From: Candidatus Latescibacterota bacterium
GTDB lineage: Bacteria > Latescibacterota > UBA2968 > UBA8231
Direction of reading: 5' to 3'
Assembly: GCA_965242865.1 (NCBI GenBank)
Contig: CBDETK010000013.1
Coordinates: 4,224,001 to 4,288,000, forward strand
Length of the DNA: 64,000 nucleotides
A program made the translations under genes and the position numbers. The notes below the pieces were generated by a model. The model was not told the DNA's origin, did no database searches, and worked only from the letters and a program-made list of their open reading frames with translations. Each line of letters starts with the position of its first letter. The stretch's first letter is position 1. Below are positions 34,730-44,100 of this stretch, piece by piece.

Positions 34730-36507
34730 ATGATCTCAACGTAGTTATCGCCACGGACTGCGGCAGTACCACCACCAAGGCGATCCTCATCGAAAAGAAG
34801 GACGGAGGGTATCGCCAGACCTTTCGCGGCGAGGCCCCCACCACAGTTGAGGCCCCCTTTGAGGACGTCACCCGGGGGGTGCTCAACGCCATTCAAGAGG
34901 TCGAGGAGCTTTCCGGGCGGCAGATCCTCGCGGGCGAGCGGATTATCGCGCCGGCCAACGGCGATGTCGGGGCCGATGTGTACATCTCGACGAGCAGCGC
35001 GGGCGGCGGGTTGCAGATGGTGGTGGCCGGCGTGGTGCTGGCGATGACCGGCGAGAGCGCGCAGCGCTGTGCCTTGGGCGCTGGGGCCATCGTCATGGAC
35101 GCGCTCGCCGCCAACGACGGCCGCTTGCCGCACGAAAAAATAGAGCGCATCCGTCAGTTGCGCCCCGACATGGTGCTGCTGTCGGGCGGCACGGATGGCG
35201 GCACGGTCAGCCACGTGGTTGAATTGGCCGAATTCATCCGCGCGGCCGACCCCAAGCCTCGCTTTGGCGCGGGCTTTAAGCTGCCGGTCATTTTTGCTGG
35301 CAACAAAGACGCGCGCGAGGAGGTTGAAAAGGCGCTGGGGGGGAAGGTGGCCCTGACCGTGACCGAGAATATCCGCCCGGTGCTCGAAGAGGAAAATCTG
35401 GCCCCGGCGCGGCACGTCATTCACGATCTCTTCCTCGAACACGTCATGGCGCAGGCCCCGGGCTACCGCAAGCTGATGGGCTGGACCGGTGCGCCGATTA
35501 GGCCGACGCCCGAGGCCGTAGGCCAGCTCATGCAGACCATTGCCCGCCAGCAGGAAATCAACGTCGTCGGCGTAGATATTGGCGGGGCGACGACCGATGT
35601 GTTCAGCGTCTTTGAGGGCGCGTTCAACCGCACGGTCAGCGCCAACCTCGGCATGTCCTATAGCGTCTCCAACGTGCTGGCCGAGGCCGGCCTCGACCCA
35701 ATCATGCGCTGGGTTCCTTTTGACATTGAGGAGGCCGACCTCCGCGACCGGATTAAAAACAAGATGATCCGGCCGACGACCATCCCCCAGCTCATGCAGG
35801 AGCTGCAAGTCGAGCAAGCCATTGCCCGCGAGGCCCTGCGCTTGGCCTTTGACCAGCACCGGGCGTTGGCGGTGGGATTGAAGGGGGTGCAGAGCAAGCG
35901 CACGCTGGCCGAGGTCTTTGAGCAGGGGGCCACCGGCGAGAGCTTAGTCGAGATGATGACGCTGGACCTGCTAGTCGGCAGCGGCGGCGTGCTCTCCCAC
36001 GCGCCCCGCCGGGCGCAGAGTTGCGCCATGCTCATAGATGCCTTTCAGCCCGAAGGCGTCACCCGCTTGGCAGTCGATAGCATCTTTATGATGCCGCACT
36101 TGGGGGTGCTCGCGACCGTGGACGAGCGGGCCGCGACCGAGGTTTTTGAGCGCGATTGCCTGATCTACTTGGGCACTTGTGTGGCCCCTGTGGGCGCGGG
36201 CAAGGCCGGCGAGGTCTGCCTCCAATACGAAATAGCCCAGCCCAGCGGCAGTCGCACTGGCCAGTTAGAGGTCGGCCAGCTCCAGCGGGTGCCCTTGGCC
36301 GCCGGAGAGGAGGCCGAAGTAGCCCTCCAGCCGGCCCGGCATTGGGATGTGGGGGCCGGCCCGGGGCACGCGCTCCATGCGCGGGTGCGCGGCGGGGTCG
36401 TAGGGCTCGTGTTGGATGGTCGCGGCCGCCCCATCCAGATGGCGACCGACCGCGACCGCTGGCGTCAGGTAAGCGACTGGCAGCGGGCGTTAAACCTATA
36501 CGAGTAG
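34726..36507 (+). CDS. GlmL/MutL (glutamate mutase L)-family ASKHA-fold ATPase with C-terminal extension
   Basis: Phosphate-1 DCGSTTTK, SSAGGGL, LLSGGTDGG, FAGN, ENIRP, PTP, phosphate-2 DIGGATTDV, RTV...LGM and adenosine GSGGVL motifs. No glutamate mutase subunits in the window. Confidence 0.85.
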   Translation: MNDLNVVIATDCGSTTTKAILIEKKDGGYRQTFRGEAPTTVEAPFEDVTRGVLNAIQEVEELSGRQILAGERIIAPANGDVGADVYISTSSAGGGLQMVVAGVVLAMTGESAQRCALGAGAIVMDALAANDGRLPHEKIERIRQLRPDMVLLSGGTDGGTVSHVVELAEFIRAADPKPRFGAGFKLPVIFAGNKDAREEVEKALGGKVALTVTENIRPVLEEENLAPARHVIHDLFLEHVMAQAPGYRKLMGWTGAPIRPTPEAVGQLMQTIARQQEINVVGVDIGGATTDVFSVFEGAFNRTVSANLGMSYSVSNVLAEAGLDPIMRWVPFDIEEADLRDRIKNKMIRPTTIPQLMQELQVEQAIAREALRLAFDQHRALAVGLKGVQSKRTLAEVFEQGATGESLVEMMTLDLLVGSGGVLSHAPRRAQSCAMLIDAFQPEGVTRLAVDSIFMMPHLGVLATVDERAATEVFERDCLIYLGTCVAPVGAGKAGEVCLQYEIAQPSGSRTGQLEVGQLQRVPLAAGEEAEVALQPARHWDVGAGPGHALHARVRGGVVGLVLDGRGRPIQMATDRDRWRQVSDWQRALNLYE

Positions 36508-36510
36508 CTC

Positions 36511-37626
36511 ATGGCCCACGCTTATACCCCGGGACTGCGCGTGACCCAACGCGCCGCCATCTACAAAGAGCGGCGGTTGCCCCTCCAAGGCGAAGTGGTC
36601 GTCGAGCGCGGCCAAGCCGTGCGCCGCGACCAAGTGGTGGCTCGCACCGAGCTGCCGGGCGAGGTGGCGACGCTCAACTTGGTCAACCGCTTGGGCATCG
36701 CGCCGGGCGAACTCGCCGGCTACATGCTCAAAAAAGAAGGCGACCGAGTCCAAGCCGGCGAGCCGCTCGCCGCGACGAGGCCGTTTATTCGGTGGTTCAA
36801 GACCGTAATTGAATCCCCGGTCAGCGGCACCGTCGAAAGCATTTCGCCGGTTACGGGGCAGGTGCTGTTGCGCCAAGCGCCTAAGCCGGTCGAAGTGCTG
36901 GCGTACGTCGATGGGGTCGTAGCCGAGGTTTTTGCCGACGAGGGGGTGCGCGTCGCCGCGCAAGGCGCGTACATACAGGGCATTTTCGGGGTGGGGGGGG
37001 AGTGCTGGGGTGCGCTGCACTTGGCGGTGGATGCCCCGGACGCCCGCGTCGGGCCGCTGGGCCCCGAAGTGGCGGGCAAGATCGCAGTGGTCGGCAGCCT
37101 GATTGGCGCGGAGACCGTAGAGCAGGCCCGGCAGGCTGGGGCCGTGGGGCTGATTGGCGGCGGCCTGCGCGACCGCGACCTCCGCGACCTGCTCGGGCGC
37201 GATTTGGGCGTGGCCATCACCGGGACCGAGCAAATCGGCCTGACCGTGGTGGCGACCGAGGGCTTTGGCCGCATCGCCATGGCCCGCAAGACTTTTGATA
37301 TTCTCCAAGCCTGCGCTGGCATGGATGCGTCGATGGCCGGCGCGACCCAAATCCGCGCCGGCGTGTTGCGGCCGGAAATCATCATTCCCACCGCCGCTGA
37401 CAACGGAGAAGAAGAGGGCCGGCCGGGCGCGGGCGGGTTGCAGGTGGGCGATTTGTTGCGCGTGATTCGGATGCCCTACTTTGGCCGGATCGGCCGCGTC
37501 AAGGACTTGCCGACCGAGTTGTGCGAGGTGGAGTCCGGGGCGCGGGTGCGGGTGTTGGCCGTAGAGTTTGAAGACGGGGAGCAGGCGGTAGTGCCCCGGG
37601 CAAATGTGGAGCTGATCGAGGGATAA
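36511..37626 (+). CDS. Uncharacterised soluble protein with repeated barrel-sandwich-hybrid motifs, an alpha/beta core and a C-terminal KOW/SH3-like domain
   Basis: VERGQAV...VVA, KKEGDRVQAGEPLA and SPVSGTVESI motifs; ATEGFG; LQVGDLLRVIRMPYFGRIGRV. Confidence 0.85.
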   Translation: MAHAYTPGLRVTQRAAIYKERRLPLQGEVVVERGQAVRRDQVVARTELPGEVATLNLVNRLGIAPGELAGYMLKKEGDRVQAGEPLAATRPFIRWFKTVIESPVSGTVESISPVTGQVLLRQAPKPVEVLAYVDGVVAEVFADEGVRVAAQGAYIQGIFGVGGECWGALHLAVDAPDARVGPLGPEVAGKIAVVGSLIGAETVEQARQAGAVGLIGGGLRDRDLRDLLGRDLGVAITGTEQIGLTVVATEGFGRIAMARKTFDILQACAGMDASMAGATQIRAGVLRPEIIIPTAADNGEEEGRPGAGGLQVGDLLRVIRMPYFGRIGRVKDLPTELCEVESGARVRVLAVEFEDGEQAVVPRANVELIEG

Positions 37627-37630
37627 AGGC

Positions 37631-38878
37631 ATGAGAGCAAAAAGCTGGCTCGCTGCATTCGCGTTGGCGTGGCCGTTGGCGAGTGCGGCAGAAAATGCGG
37701 ACCAAGGGCTCGGCACCTTGCTGGTCCATCCTAAGCCGCCGATTGAGGTCCAAGCCTTTGACACCCCCAACGACGACGGGGGCAGCATTACCCTAACTTG
37801 GCCGCGCGACCGCCAGATCAGCGAACATGCGCTGTATCAGGTCGCCATCGCGGACTCGCCCCGCGGGCCTTTTCGCGTCGCGGCCGAGGTCGCGGCCTCG
37901 GGGAATTTGATGTCCGCAGCACCGGCGCTCTTTGGGCACGGGGCCGAGCTGGAAAATTACCATTATGTCAACATCGAGGAATTTGCCGGCGCGGGCGGCA
38001 AGTCTCCGCTAGAAGACGGCAAAACGTATTACTTCCACGTTGATGTGCGGTCCGCCGGGGGCGCGATCCGCGGCAAAGTGATCGTCCACGCCGAGTCGGC
38101 CGGCAATTTTTTCAATCGCGCCAAGGTCAACAATCTGGTGTTGTGCGTCCTGTTCTCAGGGCTTATCATGGGCTACATCGGCATTGCGCGGCGGCGCACG
38201 CTCAAAATTCGCCGCATCGCCGGGCTAGAGGCGCTCGACGAGGCCCTCGGGCGGGCAACCGAGATGGGCAAGCCAGTGCTCTTCATCCACGGCCTGCGCG
38301 ACATGAGCCAAATTTCGACCATTGCCGCAGTCAACATCTTGGGGCGGGTCGCGCGACGCACGGCCGAATACGACACCGCGCTGCGGGTGGTGGCGCCCGA
38401 TCCAGTGGTGATGTCCGTGAGTCAGGAGACCGTGAAAGCCTCGTACATCGAGGCGGGCCGGCCCGATGCCTTCAACCCGGATCACGTCTTCATCGCCGGG
38501 GCCGAGCAGTTTAGCTATGCGGCGGCCGTCGAGGGCATTATGCTCCGCGACCGGCCAGCGGCCCACATTATGATGGGGTATTTCTACGCTGAGTCCCTGC
38601 TGTTGGCCGAAACGGGTTCGACGACCGGGGCGATTCAGATCGCCGGCACCGATGCCTTCACTCAGTTGCCGTTCTTCATTACTACCTGCGACTACACCCT
38701 GCTCGGCGAAGAACTCTACGCCGCCAGTGCCTATCTATCCGGCGAGCCGCGGATGCTGGGCACCCTCAAGGGCCAAGACGCCGGCAAGGCCCTTATTTTG
38801 CTCGTCTTGGCGGTGGGCACGGTCTTGGCAACGGCCGGGCTGTTCCCCCAGCTAACGTACTTCTTCACTCCGCATTGA
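37631..38878 (+). CDS. Membrane protein: signal peptide, FnIII-like domain, TM, DUF6754-like domain, C-terminal TM
   Basis: DTPNDDGGSITLTW FnIII-like start; IRRIAGLEALDEALGRATEMGKPV; QLPFF...CDYTLLGEELYAASAYL. Family name is from recall, not a search. Confidence 0.8.
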   Translation: MRAKSWLAAFALAWPLASAAENADQGLGTLLVHPKPPIEVQAFDTPNDDGGSITLTWPRDRQISEHALYQVAIADSPRGPFRVAAEVAASGNLMSAAPALFGHGAELENYHYVNIEEFAGAGGKSPLEDGKTYYFHVDVRSAGGAIRGKVIVHAESAGNFFNRAKVNNLVLCVLFSGLIMGYIGIARRRTLKIRRIAGLEALDEALGRATEMGKPVLFIHGLRDMSQISTIAAVNILGRVARRTAEYDTALRVVAPDPVVMSVSQETVKASYIEAGRPDAFNPDHVFIAGAEQFSYAAAVEGIMLRDRPAAHIMMGYFYAESLLLAETGSTTGAIQIAGTDAFTQLPFFITTCDYTLLGEELYAASAYLSGEPRMLGTLKGQDAGKALILLVLAVGTVLATAGLFPQLTYFFTPH

Positions 38879-38887
38879 GGAGGGGCC

Positions 38888-39547
38888 ATGCTGTTTTTTA
38901 GCCGCACCTTGCCGCTGGCCGTCGCCTTGGTCTTTGGCCTGCTGGGCATTGCCATCTACTACATACCGCACAGCCATGCCCAGGGCTTTGAGCGCGAGAT
39001 GGCAAAGTGGGTGCGCATCATCGCCGCGTTTGCCTACCTGCTCGGGCTGTACAGCCTGCTCAACCTGCATTGGCAGCGGATCCGCCAGCACGTCGTCGGT
39101 TGGGGCTACAGCTTGGTCGCGATCGCCAGCTTTGTGCTGATGATGGTTTTCGTCGTGTACAACGATGGCCGCGGCCCGTTTGCCGCCCAAGCCGAATCCG
39201 GGGGCTACAACTGGCTCTTCCAATACGTCCACCTGCCCTGTTCGGGCACCATGTTTTCGATCTTGGCCTTTTTCATCGCTTCGGCGGCCTACCGGACCTT
39301 TCGCGCCCGTACGCCCGAGGCCGCGCTGTTGCTGGTCGCGGCGGTGATCGTCATGCTGGGCCGGGTGCCCATTGGCCGGGAGATCTCGGAGTTTTTTCCG
39401 CTGGCGACCGACTGGCTGATGAGCGTACCGAATTTAGCGGCCAAGCGCGGCATTCTGCTCGGGGTGTCGCTCGGGGCCATCGCGACCTCGTTGCGGATCA
39501 TCTTCGGCATTGAGCGTTCGTATTTGGGCGGTGGAGGCGACGAGTGA
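38888..39547 (+). CDS. Uncharacterised integral membrane protein (about 6 TM)
   Basis: SD GAGGAGG; about six hydrophobic segments; FSILAFFIASAAYRTFRAR and AKRGILLG..LG......RIIFGIER motifs. Confidence 0.85.
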   Translation: MLFFSRTLPLAVALVFGLLGIAIYYIPHSHAQGFEREMAKWVRIIAAFAYLLGLYSLLNLHWQRIRQHVVGWGYSLVAIASFVLMMVFVVYNDGRGPFAAQAESGGYNWLFQYVHLPCSGTMFSILAFFIASAAYRTFRARTPEAALLLVAAVIVMLGRVPIGREISEFFPLATDWLMSVPNLAAKRGILLGVSLGAIATSLRIIFGIERSYLGGGGDE

Positions 39548-40362
39548 TCCAGATCGACCGCCGCATTCTCTTTGCCTTGGTGTTTTTAGGAGTGGTCGGG
39601 CCGCTCTTGATTGGGCTCCACCTGCCGGTCACCCCGAGCAAGCAGGTGCGAGCGGCGTACGACCAGTTTGAGCAGCTCGTCCCCGGGCAGGTCGTCTTAG
39701 TCTCCTTCTCCTACGGCGCCAGCACGGCCCCGGAGATGCAGCCCATGGCGCGGGCGATTTTGCGCCATGCGTTTGGCCGCGGGCTCAAGGTCGTCGCCAT
39801 CTGCCTGTGGCCCGAAGCGACCGGCCTCGCCCAAGCGGTGCTCGAGGAGATGGCGGCCGAATTCGATTTGACTTACGGCGTGGAGTACGCCTTTCTGGGC
39901 TACAAGCCCGGGACCTTTAGCGTCATCCTCAACATGGGACACGACGTCCACGGCGCATTTCCGCAGGACAATTGGGGCGCAGGTGTCGGCGAGTTGGAGT
40001 TGATGCGGAGGGTGCGCTCGTTGCGCGATTTCGACCTCGTCTTCGACCTAGGGGCCGGGGATTCGATTGAGTTTTGGTGGATCCCCTTCGGGCAGGAAAA
40101 GTACGGCTTTCCCTTTGCCGCGGGCTGCACCGCGGTCATGGCCCCGGATCTCTACCCATTTCTCGGCTCGGGCCAGCTCGTGGGCTTGCTCGGCGGCTTG
40201 GCTGGCGCGGCCGAATACGAGGTCCTGATTGGCCGCCGCGACGAGGCCAACAAGAGCATGTCCTCCCAGTCGGTCACCCATCTGGTCATTGTCGCCTTTG
40301 TGATTTTTGGCAATATCGCGTACTTCGCCGGTCGGCGGGGCCGCTCGCCGCAGGAGCGCTGA
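39544..40362 (+). CDS. Uncharacterised protein with N- and C-terminal TM helices flanking an alpha/beta domain
   Basis: GTGA overlap; DRRILF-TM, central alpha/beta domain, YPFLGSGQLVGLLGGLAGAAEYE, final TM followed by a basic tail. Confidence 0.85.
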   Translation: MIQIDRRILFALVFLGVVGPLLIGLHLPVTPSKQVRAAYDQFEQLVPGQVVLVSFSYGASTAPEMQPMARAILRHAFGRGLKVVAICLWPEATGLAQAVLEEMAAEFDLTYGVEYAFLGYKPGTFSVILNMGHDVHGAFPQDNWGAGVGELELMRRVRSLRDFDLVFDLGAGDSIEFWWIPFGQEKYGFPFAAGCTAVMAPDLYPFLGSGQLVGLLGGLAGAAEYEVLIGRRDEANKSMSSQSVTHLVIVAFVIFGNIAYFAGRRGRSPQER

Positions 40363-40365
40363 GTC

Positions 40366-41079
40366 GTGCGCGATACGTACGTCTTGTTGGGTTTTGTGCT
40401 GCTGTTTGCGGCCGGCAACATCGCCTTGGTGGCCAGCGGGACCTTGGCGGCCGACTGGACGGGGTTCGGCGTCATGGTCGCGGCCGGCATGACCTTGGCG
40501 CTCTACAGCTTCCTCTACAAGGACAACCCGCTTTTCAAGTTTGCCGAGCACGTCTTCGTCGGCGTGGCCGCGGCGTACATCTTCGGCCAGTACTGGTATC
40601 CGACGATTTACGGCGAGCTCATCGCCGAATGGACCGACCCGGGGAAAGGGGAGACGCCCAATTGGTGGCTGTTGGCCCCGACCGTGCTGGGGCTGTTGAT
40701 GCTGACGCGCTTTTCGCTGCGCTTGGGCTGGCTCAGCCGCTATGCGTTTGCATTTTTCGTCGGCCTCGGGGCCGGCTGGACGATCCCCCGCTATATTTCC
40801 TCCTTCATTCTCGCCCAAATCGAGCCTACATTGCGGCCGCTGACTTGGAGCGTAGAAGGGCTCAATTTGCTGATCGTCCTCGTGGGGGTCGTCGGGGTGT
40901 TGGTTTACTTTTTCTTTTCCGTTGAGCACACCAGCGCGGCGGGCCATATCTCCAAGGTGGGGATCTGGTTTTTGATGGTCTCGTTTGGTGCTTCGTTTGG
41001 TTACACCATTATGGCGAGGGTCTCGCTGTTGATCGGGCGCGTGACCTTTCTCTTAGAGGACTGGCTGCACCTGATGTAA
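40366..41079 (+). CDS. Uncharacterised integral membrane protein (about 7 TM)
   Basis: Hydrophobic throughout; YSFLYKDNPLFKFAEH.FVG, YFFFS and MVSFGASFGYTIMARVSLLIGR motifs. Confidence 0.85.
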   Translation: MRDTYVLLGFVLLFAAGNIALVASGTLAADWTGFGVMVAAGMTLALYSFLYKDNPLFKFAEHVFVGVAAAYIFGQYWYPTIYGELIAEWTDPGKGETPNWWLLAPTVLGLLMLTRFSLRLGWLSRYAFAFFVGLGAGWTIPRYISSFILAQIEPTLRPLTWSVEGLNLLIVLVGVVGVLVYFFFSVEHTSAAGHISKVGIWFLMVSFGASFGYTIMARVSLLIGRVTFLLEDWLHLM

Positions 41080-41112
41080 AGGAGTATCGAGAACCACTCC
41101 ACAGGAGGGATT

Positions 41113-44100
41113 ATGACCAAGTTTGCAGGTGTTTTTTGCGTCCTGCTCGCGCTGAGTGTGGCGCCGGCCGAGGCCAGTACCGGCGGCAAAATCGCCGGGG
41201 TCGTCAAGGATGCCACCACCGGCGATGGGTTGCCCCAAGCCAATGTCGCGGTGGTAGGGACCAAGCTGGGGACCACGGCCGACGAAAAGGGCCGCTTCTT
41301 CATCCTCAACGTGCCGGCCGGCACCTACGCCCTCAAGGCCACGTATATCGGCTATGCGGATTATACCGTCGAAGATGTGCGGGTTTCTACTGACCTGACT
41401 ACGAAGCTCGACATCGACCTGACTTCTGCGGACATCCAAGTCGAGGAAGTCGTCATCCGGGCCGAGCGGCCGATCATCGACAAAAACGCCACCAATGCGG
41501 TGCGGATTGTCGGAGCCGAAGACCTAGAGATTCTGCCGTTTAGAGGCGTCAGCCAAGTCTTGTCCCTGCAAGCGGGCGTGGTTGAAGACGAGGGGGCGTT
41601 GCACATCCGCGGCTCGCGCTCCGACGAAATTGGCTATTACGTCGATGGAGCCAGCGTCCGCAACATAATCACCGGCAGCTTTGCGGTCGGCCTAATTGAC
41701 GAAGCCCTAGAGGAAGTTCAGCTACAGGCTGGCGGCTTCAACGCCGAGTACGGCGGAGCCAACGCCGGCATCGTCTTGCAAGAGCTCCGCACCGGGGGCC
41801 ACGATTGGGACTTTACGATCGTGGCCGAGTCGGACAATTTCACTTCCGACTTTGAGCAGCGGTTCGGCACGTACTCTTATGGCTATTCCAACCAAGTGAT
41901 CACGGCTGGCGGCCCGGTCGCGGGCAACCAAAACATCCGCGCCTTTGTCGCCGGTCAGCGCAGGAGCGTGGACTATCGCCCGACCTACTGGTCGGGGTTT
42001 GAGTTTGAGAATTTGGTGGATACGGGCAATCGCCAAGGGCGCGTCCATTGGGCCGAAGACGAGGAAGGCAATCCCATCCCAGACGAGGTCGAGCGGCTGG
42101 AGGTCAAGCCGGGCAACATCCCGCACACCGGCAGATCGCTCCTCGACTTCAACGGCACCCTGCACTTCAACTACAATCCCATCCTGTTGCGGGTCACGGG
42201 CCTGCATTCCATCGAGGACCGCGAACTCAACATCAACCCCGTCAAAAACATCCTCAACCAAGAACGCCTCAACGAGCGGACGCTTTCTTCTAGCTTGGTC
42301 AACGTAAAGGCCATTCACTTGCTCGACCCGAGCCTGTTCTACGAAATGAATGTCAGTTTCTACAATCAGGGGCGGGAGAGTTTTGACGGGGTGTTCAAAG
42401 AGCGTTGGTGGGTGTACAACGACAGCGTGGCCGTGCAGCGCGCCCTCGAAGGCGGCCCGGAGTACACCCCCTATACGGCCAACGGCTCGATCCCCGAGCC
42501 GTACGACCTGAGCGGGTTTCCGTTCAATCGCCCGGGCTCGCCGACCAATTCTGCAACGGGCAACAGCACGGGTGCTTGGTACGACAAGGAACAGGACCGC
42601 TATTGGGGCTTGGCTGGCAGCATTACCAAGCAGACCGCGGTCCATCAACTCAAGGCCGGCTTCGACTACCAGAGGTGGACGTCGCGCCGCCACGCCATCT
42701 TCAACGGGTCCATTCGCTCGGGCATCGCCGCGACCTACCCCAAGCTAGACGCAGTGTACCAGCGGTACTACCGCGGCGAGCTCGCCGAGGGCGCGATCCT
42801 CAACGCGCTGATCGAAACCGCCGATACCCTGTCCGAAGGCGAGGGGAGCCTCGACGACCTCAGGCGGTTTTTGCGCCGCAGTTCGGGCGACTTTTTTGGC
42901 TACGACGAGTTTGGCCGCTCCATTGAGTCGTCGGGCGACCCCCTGCAAAACCCGCGCGAGCCCGTGGTCGGCTCGGCTTTTGTCCAAGACAAGATCGAAT
43001 ACAACGATCTGATCATCAACGCCGGGTTGCGCTTGGATTACTTTGATGCGGCGAGTTGGCGCTTTGTCGATCAATCGGCGCCGGTGATTGACAAACAGGA
43101 GCGCACCTTGGTGATCGAAAACTCGGCCGGCACCTATATGGAAAAGACGCCGGCCTATACGGAGATCAGCCCGCGCTTGGGCTTTTCGTTCCCAGTGTCG
43201 GATATAACGGTCTTTCACGTGCAGTACGGGCGCTTCTCCCAGATGCCGCGGATGCGCGATATGTTCACCGGCGGGGCGCGGCTGGCAGTGGAGTTGGGGG
43301 GGCAAAACTTCATCCTCACGCCCACGGCCTTTGACATTGAGCCGGTGCGCACGACCCAGTACGAAATTGGCTTTGAGCGTCAGTTTGCGGATTTTGCCTC
43401 GTTTGACGTGACGAGTTTTTACCGCGACATCAAGGGCCAGCTCCAAATCCGGCGGCAAGAGGTGTCGGGCAACGCAGTGGAGGCCGGCTCGTTTACGTAC
43501 TTGCAAAACGGCGACTTCGCCACGACCAAGGGCCTTGAGTTCCAGTTTAAGGTGCGGCGGATCAACCGCCTGCGGGCCGAGTTGAACTACACCCTGTCCG
43601 ACGCGCGCGGCACCGGTTCGACCCTGACCTCGGCGCAATCGGGCGCGGAGAACGACACGGACGTGCCGACGATCATCTCGCCGCTCGACTTCAACCAGAC
43701 GCACCGCGGCGCCCTGTTTTTGGACTATCGCTTTGCCGACAACGAGGAGAACTCGCTCGTCCGCCGCTTGGGGGCCAACCTGCTGGCGCGTTTTGCCAGC
43801 GGCTACAACTTCACGCTGGTAGATGGTTCAATCGGCCAGCGCGGGCCGGAAGAAGGCGGCATTCTCGCCAGCGATGACTCGCGCTCGCGCAAGCCGGTTG
43901 AATCCATCAATCGCTCTACGACGCCTTGGACCTTCCGGGTCGACCTGCGGATCGACAAGGGCTTTTCGCTCTACGGGGTCAATGCCCAGATTTACGCGTA
44001 CGTGCAAAACCTGTTCAACCGCAAGAACGTGATTAACGTGTACGGCCGGACCGGCAGCGACAAGGACGACGGCTTTTTGACGAATCCAGACCTGAGCCAG

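Noticed and set aside
34129-35859. Long antisense ORFs (also 4862-6190, 36496-37788, 46089-47408, 60488-61582)
   Set aside because: They are shadows of well-supported + strand genes, expected from GC-rich codon bias, and contain no recognisable motifs.
34726-36507. Calling this a glutamate mutase operon or DNA mismatch-repair MutL
   Set aside because: No B12-binding (DxHxxG) or mutase E subunit is nearby. The motifs are ASKHA-type, not the GHKL motifs of repair MutL.
36511-41079. Rnf/Nqr respiratory complex
   Set aside because: Only the barrel-sandwich motif resembles RnfC/NqrA. There are no Fe-S cysteine motifs or evident FMN-attachment motif in the membrane subunits, and they do not resemble RnfA/D/E.
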